A stretch of 64,000 nt of DNA from Diadema antillarum (taxonomy: Eukaryota). This document shows positions 1 through 11,357 of this stretch, in pieces (the stretch's first letter is position 1; each line of letters begins with the position of its first letter). The stretch lies in contig NW_027271191.1 of assembly GCF_040938485.1 (NCBI RefSeq), forward strand, positions 186,001 through 250,000, given 5' to 3'. The position numbers and the translations under genes were made by a program. Under the pieces are notes generated by a model. It ran no database searches. It was not told where the DNA came from and was given only the letters and a program-made list of their open reading frames with translations.

Positions 1-2245
1 CGATATACCATTTGTGTCACGCCTCTTTTGCTTAATAAAAGACCAAAATTTCTTGGGGTTAGAAGTGAGTGAGTCAAAAACTGTTGTTCCTAAAAAATGT
101 TGTTCAGCTTTTCGAAGTTCTTTTTGGACTTGCTTACGAAGCTGCCTATAAGGCACCAGTTCCGATGGGATCCATCTGTTTTGGCACCATAAAACGCCCT
201 ATTTTTCTTTCTAATCAATCGCTTGAGGGTTCTGTTTATCCAAGGAAGATTAAATCGAGTACTCTTATACCTTGAAGGAACATTTGAATCAACACTGCTA
301 TAAATAGCTTCCTTAAATGCGTTCCAGTTCTCCTCCACTGTCTTATGTGCATAGTTGGCCTGGAAAACTTGAAAGAAATTTTCCATATCCTTTCTGAGAT
401 TAAATGTATTATTTTATCCCATAAATAAATCTTTCTACGTTTTGCTTTATGGAGAACTGGGCGTAAAGAAATTTCTGCTATCATATTGAAATGATCAGAT
501 ATTCCTGCTTTTGTTACGATTGGTGCAAAACAGCCAGGGTTTGTTACGAGAAGTAGGTCCAGGATATTTCTAACATTGCCTGATCTCGTCTTCTGGTTGT
601 GATTGGGTTCGTAAGCCAATTGAGTTAGTGAGAAATCGTGGATTAAATCGAGAAGCTCTGTGGTCAGTTCCTGGGGGTACACGCAGTGGTGTTCAGGCTT
701 TCTACACAGATTGGACCAATCAATGTCTGGGACATTAAAGTCACCTCCTACCCATACTATAGGGTTTTTACTGAAATCTATCCTAGACAAGGATTCCCTG
801 AGTTTCTTGATAGGGTCTGAACCCTTACTCGGTGGGCAATAAAAACACCCAATGTGGATTTGTTTGGAGTTCACCATCTGCAGTGAAATCCATATCAGTT
901 CACAATCTACATCCAAAGAGATTAAATGAGTGGAGATGAGATCATTCCTTACTGCTATAAATACTCCTCCTGCTTTTCCCCTCTCTCTGTCTTTCCTATA
1001 CACTGTATAATTCTCCGGAAAACACTCACTATTCTTTATGCTTGGGTTTAACCAAGACTCAGTGCCAACAATGATATGGGGGTCTGAAGAGTGAACAAGT
1101 TCAGCAAAGGCGGCTCTTTTACCAAAAATACTTTGACAATTGAGTATTAATAATCGCAATTTATTCTGATCAGCTGTTTGCCTAGAATGGTGGCTTGGCC
1201 CTGAGAAGGACCTTTTTTGTTTCTTACTGGGTTTACTAGGTGTGGATGAAGATACAGGTTCTCCTACAGAGCTATTCTTTCTGGAAGATGGTGAATCTGA
1301 TAAATGGCTATAATCAGAATCAGAGTTGTTGTTTGATAGCTCTGGGCTGGACAATATTGCAAAACTATTATCATGAATAAAACTATTAGTTCCAGAGGTC
1401 CAAAACAGACTAGAGCTAAAAGAGGGCATGCCACATGTACAACAGCACCATGAAAGCTGGGAGTGTTCTGAAAGAATTTGGTACATGCCAGGGGACATAG
1501 GTATGCAGTCTCTATGGAGCCACTGCTCACAATGGTCACACTGAATGCCTTCTTGATTCCACCTGACTGCTTTGCCACAAATACCACATGGCCATTTACA
1601 CTTCGGGCCTGGATTGGGATGTATGTCCCCTGAGGAGGACAAAATGACTAGCATCTGAGACATCAATGACATCTTGCATAGAATGAAAAGAGAGTTGGAC
1701 TTTTGAAGGTGGAAAATGTGAGTGCTCACAATTGCAAAAGAGGGAGTAGTGATGTGAAGACCTTTTATCTTAAACCTGTTCTTCACTGGGTTGTGATCAA
1801 AACATACTATCTTGGACAAATCATGTGCCTGTAAAGACTGACAGAATCTCTCGTCTATGTAAAGGACGACAGTAAAGCCACATTCACGAGTGTGTGTGGA
1901 CATGTTATTGCTGAAATCATGAGATGTGTAGGGGTTGGGTACCGAGTCAGCAAGGTAATCAAAGGGTAAAAAACTGACAAAAACCAGCAACAAGTATGAG
2001 GAGTGACTCTTCTGGTTATGACTGATGTCAGTACTGAGGTTCAGAGCTGGACTATGGCCAGCAAAATTTTGTAGTCCTAAGTTTGTTGTAAAGAGGAGAA
2101 AAATAACTGCTACAAGAACCCATAGGTTCTTGGATTTGCTGCAGGTATTGATGTCATACATTGTCATTGTCGAGAAAAAACGTCTGAAGTTCTTTAATAG
2201 GCAGACAAAGTTCAGTGAACTGCTGAATATCTCCTGGTAGAAACG
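1..2245 (-). mobile_element. APE-type non-LTR retrotransposon (CR1/L2/Jockey group), 5' part; RT domain would lie left of the window
   Basis: ORF 2167..236 reads: hydrophobic leader, 2A-like GDIHPNPGP (1630..1604), PHD finger (CGIC...CDHC...H..C...CCTC), then APE endonuclease motifs (LNCQSI, GTESWL, RKDR...GGVFI, GDFN.PDIDW, LDLLL, SDH). It continues through two frameshifts (~410, ~150) into a typical LINE linker (ENWNAFK, PWIN, NPKKFWSFIK). Confidence 0.92.
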
Positions 2246-3195
2246 TCAGATAATCTGAGCCGATATAATAAGTCTGCGAATTCTGAGTCTAACTGTTGAT
2301 GCTCGCTTTAACATCTAAGTAAAGCAGATAAATGTCGACAATCAGTCAGAGACTTTAAATCTGATATCGATAACAATATCAATTGTTCGAATAATTCTAA
2401 TTTCAATAAGGGAGGAATGAATGAGTGTACTTCCCTTCTTGCTGTGAAACTTCTCGGTGCTCAAAATTGCTCTGGATATACTCCTTCTCCTTTTGGTTTG
2501 CCGAATACTTCAATAGGCTTCTAATCCTTCCAAATTCCCACTGTAGCCGACATGAGACAAAATGACTGCCGAGGTTCCCGCCACTGAAATTAGGTACACG
2601 TTGTAACTTGTAGTAGGCGTAGAAAACAAAATGGCTGCTGATATCCCGCCAAATGAATCAGGAGTGATTTCTCATAAAATATACACAAATATGATGACAA
2701 AACCGATGAAAAACAATCCTTCACGATGTGATGAAGAATGATGATAATGGATTGCAATTCGTTAAAAATGATTTCAGTCTTAAAACACAAGTTGTACACG
2801 CTGGTCAAAACTCCGAGGCAAGGGTTGATGCAGTAGGACGTGTCGTAGGAACACGTGCGTTTCACCGCCGCAGCGTGGCGTGGGTCGTATGTTGAGTAGC
2901 GTGGAGAAGTGTGTTCAAATGCACATTGACCGTGTTCCTCAGTTTCCTCAAACTTTTGGGTGCTCCATCCACAGATAAAATTTGAAAATAACACCGCAAG
3001 ACTCACAGATGAATTAAAATACGCGGATTTTAATATATGCAGGTTTAAAAACACCAAAAGGTGACGAATAAGTTAACAAAAAATAATCATTCAGAAATTA
3101 AAAGACGGAGCTCCGAGCAGACACGTCCGTTCGCGAGCGCTGCACACCACTTGTGGTGCACTTTACGCCTTCCGCCTAATTAAGTTACGGCCCTA

Positions 3196-3314
3196 TACCG
3201 TAGTTATGGGTAAACTCTGGCCCCCAGCGCGCACGTCACAATTATCTAACGTTATAATGCGCGCGCTGGGAGCCAAGTTTACCCGCTAGGCCGAGTTTAC
3301 CCATAACTACGGTA
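3196..3314. mobile_element. Tc1/mariner-like MITE
   Basis: TA-CCGTAGTTATGGGTAAACTC ... GAGTTTACCCATAACTACGG-TA; perfect ~20-bp TIR, TA flanks, inner IR. Confidence 0.8.
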
Positions 3315-3316
3315 TC

Positions 3317-3521
3317 TACTGTAAAAGTAGAAATTTTTGCGGTGTTGACATTTTCGCACATTTTGCGCAACCAGAAACTAGCGCAAAAATAAAAGCATAC
3401 AAATATTTTTGCTAGCTGAAGTGTATGTTCCTGTCCTTGGTATCTTGATTCCGCTGAATTAAAAACACAGGAAATGACTCTTCTCACTCGGCCAAACGCG
3501 AAAATATCCACTTTTACAATA
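3317..3521. mobile_element. TA-flanked MITE (CTGTAAAAGT family)
   Basis: TA-CTGTAAAAGTAGAAATTTTTGCG ... CGCGAAAATATCCACTTTTACAA-TA; homologous copy at 16722-16934. Confidence 0.8.
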
Positions 3522-4429
3522 TTGGTACGTCATTATGCCATGGTGATCAGGGTCTATCCCATGAACCACCACACTTGCTATAAGGGACGCCATTTGACAA
3601 GTGATAATATAAAGTCACTAGCGTCGCGCGTCAGTAGAAGCCTGCACGCCTCACTCACGGCCACTGAACTGCTACTAAGAGTGCTATGTACACACTTTGT
3701 AGCTAGCTGCGTAGCTGACCTATCAAACACTGCGATTGCGATACTGCGTGCCTTTGCTCTCTGCTGTAGGATTATCCAGCTTTACATTTCGTCGGTTGAG
3801 AATGATAAGGGTGTTAAGTTGCCACAAAACCCATAGTGTTTCAAGACAACTTGATGCCCTTCTCATTCTCAACAGACGAATTTTGTAATGTTACATCGCA
3901 GAAGATTACCGTGATCATGACGCAAAATGTGAGAAAGTTGGCAGTAAGTCTGTGCTACAGTAGCTTCCATTTCTGAACATCCTGGCTAGCCACAACATAC
4001 AGTTACATGATTATTTTTATGTCTCTGTCATCCATCCCGACCTCATCACAAATCGTGCAAACCAATTTAACCACGCGGATGAGGCTTGTGTGTGGATGAT
4101 ACACAGCCCTGTCGCTGTATACAAGTGGGTGCTTCACATGATGTCTGGTCGGGGCCGATCGTGCAAGTAAATCGGAAACTGTGTAGACGATACAGTATAA
4201 ACACAACAAACTGACGAATCAGGATAAGATTTTGGATTTTTTTGTTCATTATTTCGCAGAATGATTCCGCCAAGACAGTAGACATAATGTCCTCTGTGAT
4301 AGGTTAATTACTGATCCCCTGCTTGAGATATAAAGAACGCAGCATCCATTCATTTAAAATTATGAATGAAGGAGGAAAGTTTACCACTGGTTGCATTCCG
4401 TTGTGTGTCATTGCACAGTACTCTGCTGT

Positions 4430-4784
4430 TTGTCTCTTCATAACTTTTCTGAGCATTATTAAAGAGCACTTAACTAACGGCTTTCAGAGAGCAGGGGGAA
4501 TAATTGCTACCCTTAACATATGTCAGTATCAAGTTGATGGAATTTGTAATTTTATATGAAAAATGAATTTTTGTGGAATTTTCTTTATATTTTCTGGTTT
4601 ATTGTCCACTCATATGTCATAACCTCTAGTCGTCTCCTAATCCAGCGGTTCCAATACCAAAACTTCAAAAATTCATAACTTTTGCATCAATGGCCCAATT
4701 TTCTTCAAACTTTCACTGATGTGTTCTACTAATATTGCTGCTTTCACTCAATCCACATTGCTCTTAGGGTTTGCGTTCCCTTTA
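4430..4784. mobile_element. Truncated Kolobok-like MITE (centre and right arm)
   Basis: Matches the centre and right arm of the 7407-7975 family and ends ...GTTCCCT-TTAA. Confidence 0.65.
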
Positions 4785-4911
4785 ACATGGAAGAGGGTAC
4801 ACACATACTCCGGGCAAGCAGTCTTCAAGTTCGAAACAAAACAGAACCCAAAGAAGATGCTGTGTTCGTTCAGTCACTAGACACAAAACGAGCTGCTGCA
4901 TTGTGTACCAG

Positions 4912-6418
4912 GGGTGGTATTCTGAACACCGTTTTATCTCTGTTGTAACTTGTGTTGTAAGTCTGTGAGTTACAACACCGCTAAAACAGTTGTAAATCGG
5001 TATTCTGAAAACTGTGTTAATGGTGTTGTAAGTCATGACACAAAATCTGAAAGAAGAGCACAAATACTTTAGAACCTTAATGTGGTAGGCTGTCAGCTTT
5101 CATAATTCTTGAAATATTGCTCTGTGAAAAGTGTTACAAAACACGTATTACATAATATTGTATGCAGAGCAATGAGGAAAATGGAGCAATTTATTGTTTT
5201 TATCAAAATTTGGATTAAATTTCAAGGTCATTATTATGTAATGAAAGTGTTTTGTGGTGTATATTACTAAAATATGTATAACAGACTATCCCTACTGCAA
5301 ATAACACAGGGCTAGGCCTTTTTATCTTGAAAGCCTGGACATCTGAAATGTCCTCTAAACCCAATATGTGATATTACATGGGAATTTGGTCATTTACGAC
5401 CATTTTCGGTAGGGTAAATTTGCCACTGAACATTTCGGGAGCAAAATTTCTTTGGTAACCCAAGATAATATAGGTAAATGTCTATCAATACACAAAAATT
5501 GGTGCCATTCCTTGGTGGGACGAAGGATGATCCGTGACCTTGAATTTGGCACATTTTTCATTTTTGTCAACTTTGAGGGCGCTCTCCGTAAAAACGGTGG
5601 GCATGAATGCGCCGATTTTTTTCAAAATTACTGAGCAAGTCAAAGCCTTCAACAGCATAATATATTAGAACCTAAGGTGATGAAATGTGGAAGATATTAG
5701 CCTCTAAATATGCATCAAAATTTTGGAAATTAACATTTAATGACCATTTTCGGTGACCTCGTGCACGTTAACGAAAAGTCAATTTCGCGTCACAGTCAGT
5801 TTTTCTTGCAAAGACTATAAAGTTCTCTCAATTTCCTGAAAATGAACACTTTTGCATAAATATCCATGCCACCACAATCAATCAAAAATGCCTAATTTTC
5901 TTTTAACTAATTTTTTTGAATGCGCACCGGTTGCTATGTGAGGCTGTATCTTAGCAACCAATTGACCTTGGGGCAAAATATTTTGGGATTTTCCGTCAGA
6001 CACTTAGGGGAACATTTGGTGCGATTTTCAAGAAAATCGGAGGGGGTCGGGTGACAAGCACTGGATGATTTGACATGGATTGACCCATAAGTTAAAACGA
6101 AAGTTACAACGGAGTTAAAACACCTTCCACCCTGTTTTATCTCAGAAGCGTAATTTGCAGGGGGCATGACTTACAACTGAAGATAAAACAGTTTTCAGAA
6201 TACCGTGTAATATAATGGGTGTTCAGGTTTGCGCCCACTGTTACGCGCTTGCGCATACCACAAGACAATGGTATGCGCAGGCAAAGAGTGTGCAAGATAA
6301 AACACAAGTTACAACACTAGTTACAACAGAAGTTACAACAGAGATAAAACGGTGTTCAGAATACCGATTTGTTACAACAGACTTACAACAGAGATAAAAC
6401 AGTCTCAGAATACCACCC
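4912..6418. mobile_element. Harbinger/PIF-like non-autonomous element
   Basis: TIR GGGTGGTATTCTGA / TCAGAATACCACCC, flanked by CAG and CTG. Long imperfect inverted arms with TTACAAC sub-repeats (4912-5038, 6165-6418). Confidence 0.7.
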
Positions 6419-7048
6419 CTGGTCTTTCTCTCTGACCACTGTTGTGCTGTGATGATTCCATACTCCTGAAGAGTACTCTAGCTGGTTGGGAGCTAAGGCA
6501 GTACACTGACAGGCCCTGGCTTTGACCTCCTTTGAGCAGACGGAAGAGTTCTCTGTTGCATTACTGGACTGGTACATTTCTTACAACATTTTGTTACAAT
6601 GTTGTAATGAGGCTTGATTGGTTTCAGTGGTTCTGCAAACCTCTCAGATTGGTAGTAGCCAAAGTAGCTTCTTGATAAATCTGAACTTGTTACTACATGT
6701 ATGTCTAGATATAAAATGTGAACCTTTCCTCTTAATCAAAAGTCACAGCGTTTAGATGAATATCATGCTTTTCTCTGCGTTTTTTTTTTTAAAGTTTTGT
6801 CCAATAAAAAGAAAAGAAAAGCAGGCAGCCTCAAAAATGAAGTGGATGTAATGCTAAATATTTTGTTTTTATTCATTTATTTTTTTTTTTTACTCTGCCG
6901 AATGATTTCTTTGCTCAGTTGTGACCAGGAAAGTATCTGAAAGACAAAAATTCACAGTCATGAGTTGTCATGTGATACACATTTTCATGTGAGGCAAACA
7001 TCACTCACTGGATGTGAACCCTCTCTCTCCTATCTTTCTGACATACAG

Positions 7049-9831
7049 GTACATCCAGTACTCATCAATATGTGCTCGACTGGTGAGGAGAGCACTGAAG
7101 CCAGAGCTGAGAACAGAAGCGCTCAAAGTGGAAGACACAGGGGCACGCTTCACAAAATGGGAGGGTGGCAAACCAGTATCAGCCAGTAAGTTCCATTTCT
7201 TTGACTTCAGCAGTAAGAGCTTTTTTCTCCTGCATGATCGAGTTGACCTTACTAAGGTGGCCCTTGTACCATTGCCCACGTTGAAATGGAATGAAAAGTT
7301 TTTGAAAACAATTAATACACATAACTGGAATTTATAAACGTTGTTACTTTCGTGAGGGTCTAATTTTTTGCAAATTTTGTGAATCACTATCAGACCACAA
7401 ATTTAAAGGACAAGTTCACCCTCATAAACATAAGGATTGAGAGAATGTAGCAATATTAGTAGAACACGTCATTGAAAGTTTGAGGAAAATCGGACAATCC
7501 GTTCAAAAGTTATGAATTTTTGAAGTTTTTGTGCAGTAACCGCTGGATGAGGAAGACTACTGCAGTGTATGAATAACTTAGATGTCACATGCGTACAACA
7601 ATATAAGGAAAATATAAAGAGAATTTCACAAAATTCCATCTTTTGAAAAAAGTACATATTCCCTTGACTCGTTACCGACATATGTTAGGGGTAATATTAT
7701 TCCCCCTGCCTTTAGAAAGAGGCAAGTCAAGTGCTCTTTTATTATGCGAAAAAAGTGCAAATATGTTGAATTTTCTTTACATTTTCTTTACACTGTTGTA
7801 CGCATATGACTCACAAGCTGTAGTAGTCTCCTCATCCAGCGGTTCCAACACAAAAATTTTAAAAATTCATAACTTTTGCATCGATTGTCCAATTTTCCTC
7901 AAACTTTCACTGAAGTGTTCTACTAATATTGCTGCATTCTCTCAATCCTTATGTTTATGAAGGTGAACTTGTCCTTTAACAACATGCGAAAATATTGTTG
8001 TGTACAGTGTGGCGTGTACTTGCAATAGCCTAGTGTTCTTTCATGTACATTATATTGGATAAACTGTCTTAGGCTTAGCACTTACCTGTAGTGATATCAC
8101 AAACTGTCAGAGTTACTGTTGACTTTATAGCATGAGAAAAGAAAGCTAGCAATATTGATTAGTATTGGATACCTATTTCTGGCATGTTCGGTTGTGGTTG
8201 GGATGATGATAGTCAGCTCCTCCACTTGATGGAATTGTACTTTATGTAATATTGGTAGTCACACAGTTGTAAGGACTGTAACAATGTAGCTCTTTTTCCT
8301 CTAAAAATTTTGTTCTGTCAAGGTACTCCAGAAAATCCTGATGTTATTTGTGTGTTGTAAACATGTTTCATTCTTTTTTACTGTCTTGTGAAACTTTTCA
8401 AAATATGACTGAGTCTTTGGGTAAGTCTTGGCTGTGTCGAAACATTATGTTACCCTCTAATGAAAGTAAACAAAGGATTCTACTCTAATATGGAAGCCAC
8501 TGCTCATCAACACACAGCCACAGCAGTAAACATTGACATTATCCACATGGCTGCTTTTAGCCCTTCATTTGTGTTGTTATGTTTTTGAGGATGATGCACA
8601 ATAATGACACTGTTGTTTGCTGCAGGGGTAGTAATAGCAAAGGTACTTATCCACTTATGTTATGTCACAGACTAAGGTAATGCTGTTAGATTGACTGACA
8701 TCCTTTTAATGATACAGATGAGGTGGTCAGAACTCTTGAAAAGAGATTAAAGATCTGGTAGTAATGGAAGACCATGGAGTGGGAAGGCTGGCCCAGCTGG
8801 GATATACTAGTATACAAATAATGACTGCTATGAGGGGCACAGTTAAAATTGTGGGCCCTCGGTGATGTGAAAACCGTAACCATGCCCGGAGCAAAGCTGA
8901 GGGCATGGTTATGGTTTTCACATCACCGAGGGCCTACATAATTTTAAGTGTGCCCCGAATATCAAGCAGTCATTATTTGTTTTATGTACCGAAAATATAG
9001 ATTCCGAAATAAAGATACCGAAAATATAGATTCTAGTCTCTTTTACAGCACTCGTAATCAATGCTGATCGACAGCGCGGCGGTCGTATCATTGGTGCGTA
9101 CGTACATGAGTGATCATTCTATGTGTACAGTGTACGGGGTTGCGACTAGACTGCCTCCAAACCAGTCTCTTTTACAGCTAGTCTCTTTTACAGCATGCTG
9201 ATCGAATGCGCGGCGGTCGTATCATTGGTGCGTACATAATGAGCGATCTATGTGTACGGGGTCGCGACTGTCTCCAAACCTATTTACTAACTGTGCCCGG
9301 GCCCCGGTCACAGTAACTCAAAAAATAGGGCACAGCTATTTTCATGACTCCCCTTTTAACCAATCAGATGAGAGGATTCTCGAAATGAGGTATATAATAT
9401 TCAAGAATCAATTCCTGTAACGAATTTTGTACAGCTCTATTATTGATCTCTCTGTGTAAAGTACACACACAGCCACACACACTCACACACACACACAGTC
9501 AACTTAAGTTGACTGTTACTGACGAGTGTACACTTCAATGTACATATTCGTTGACTGGTGCTACTTGTGGTTTTTTAATGTACCCTGGTGGGCAGCAAGT
9601 CAAATCGGGTCACCCTTAAATCCCCACACTATTGCATCTGTAACACACTTACAAAGTAATGTGTCCCTCGAGAGTATTATCAATTCTTGCCAACACAGAG
9701 AAAATAAGGAATGCTTAACATGAAATGTCTGTACAAAATGAATTCATGAAGTGGATGAAACGGTACTCACTCATTGTTATCTTTTTCCCACCTTTTTGTC
9801 CTTCTTGTGTGCAGAGGAAACTAAAGCGTGA
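7049..9831 (+). CDS. ATP5F1E: ATP synthase F1 subunit epsilon, mitochondrial (partial: exons 2-3)
   Basis: Exon 7049-7185 (cag|...|gtaagt) encodes YIQYSSICARLVRRALKPELRTEALKVEDTGARFTKWEGGKPVSA, the epsilon-subunit signature. Phase-compatible terminal exon 9815-9831 after a long pyrimidine tract gives KETKA*. The short first exon was not found and is probably left of the window. Confidence 0.88.
7407..7975. mobile_element. Kolobok-like palindromic MITE
   Basis: TTAA-AGGACAAGTTCACC ... GGTGAACTTGTCCT-TTAA; homologues at 49909-50470 and 58003-58561; lies in an ATP5F1E intron. Confidence 0.85.
8811..9410. mobile_element. Non-autonomous element with terminal long hairpin and internal direct duplication (superfamily unresolved)
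   Basis: ~80-bp inverted arms 8811-8985 around a 13-nt loop; direct repeat GTCTCTTTTACAGC...CGCGGCGGTCGTATCATTGGTGCGTAC at ~9037 and ~9166; ends CCAATCAG...TATAAT. Confidence 0.5.
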
Positions 9832-11357
9832 TGATTCGCCCTCAAAGATTAGTTGACATCTCTGCCATCAAGCTGGACTCAGATCAAGGAGACTGGAGTG
9901 AGACCAGGGAAGACCTATCACCCTTACAGAATGCATGGTGCTGGACTGCTTGAGGGATCTATTTTGCCACTGGTGTCGGATCAGCACTGTGGACATCTTT
10001 CTGCCCTTACAGACTTGGAGTTCAGGGAAATATTTGAAAATTTCACAGCGTCCCTTTCGGTTATTCTTCAAGTCGCAATGTAGAAGTAAAGAACATACTG
10101 CATGAAAATTCAGACTTTATGAACCTTGTCAATGATAACACAACCTCTTTCTCTCTTGACACAGATAGTGATTCTTTCAGAAATATCTAAAACTAATTGC
10201 TTAACTTTTCTGCTCAGATATTTGTTTTCCTACTTGAACAAGAGCTAGATGCCAGCTACTTCTTCTCAGATTAGTCTCAAAGTGGCAAACTGGGAGATGA
10301 CTTTGAGCCAGGTTGATGGTAAAGACCATAGTTTATATCAAATTTGTGATGCATATCCTGCATTTTCAGTGGGACAGATTGTTGTTTATGTAATGAAGTT
10401 CGTTTTAAGATGAGGAAAACAAAGTACCAAAAGTGGATACTTGAAAGAGAAAGCTGTGTAATAAATAATTGACAAAGCACTGATCAGTTTTGGTGTCATG
10501 ATTTGTGAGCGTTCAAATGGTTGTTGTATGGGCAAGGAAGCTTTTATTTCATGTAGCTTTATCAGCAGATCTTTTTTTTCAGTCTTTGTCTCTGTATTTT
10601 ATATCCATTTTCTGTTTATTTGTGTGCTTGTTTGTTTGTCTTTCTGTCTAAAGCCTTCAGCATGAGTTTGTGTTGGAGGTGTTCATATGTTTCGAGTGGT
10701 CTCTGTCACATACAGGGAAGCCGCATTCTAACAACCTCATGAACGAGGATGTACCATTTCTAACAAGGTGAACTTGGTGGTCCCAAGATTACATTACTGC
10801 ATTTATCTGGTCTCTTTAGTGTGTATAATTCAACGGGGTACTGGTTATGACATGGTTAAGGTCAGCAATCCTGGTGACCTTGTTATAACAGGGTTTGCCT
10901 GTAATTATTACAAAGAGAACTGAAGATAAGCTGTCCTGAAATTAGCTGGAAGTTATGTTGAAATGCGACAGATGTGTACATGATATACCATACAAAACGG
11001 CTGAAAACATTTTGAATATGGATCAGTGGTCTAGATGGGGGAGAGTCAGAAGGTAACATAAAACCTGAAGCATTACATTGCAATTCTGTAAAGGAAAAAA
11101 AAAAGGGGTGGGGGCTTCAGCTCCAAGATTTGATTTTTATTCTTTGAAACAACAACCCGAATTCATGTTATTCTAAATGTTACTCATAATCGTCGTATCT
11201 AAAAAAAAAAAAAGTTGAGTGCTAGCGTTGCTGCAAAAAAAAAGAAGAAAGAAAGATGGGTCTATATTCTTTTGTTATGCAGGAATAATGACTTTATGAT
11301 TGTCAGGAGCACTCTGAAAGCTGGATTGATTACCAAACTGTAGTGTTTCATTTTGTT

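Noticed and set aside
2560-2660. AAAATGACTGCC and AAAATGGCTGCT as the missing ATP5F1E exon 1
   Set aside because: Neither encodes the expected WRxAGL-type N-terminus.
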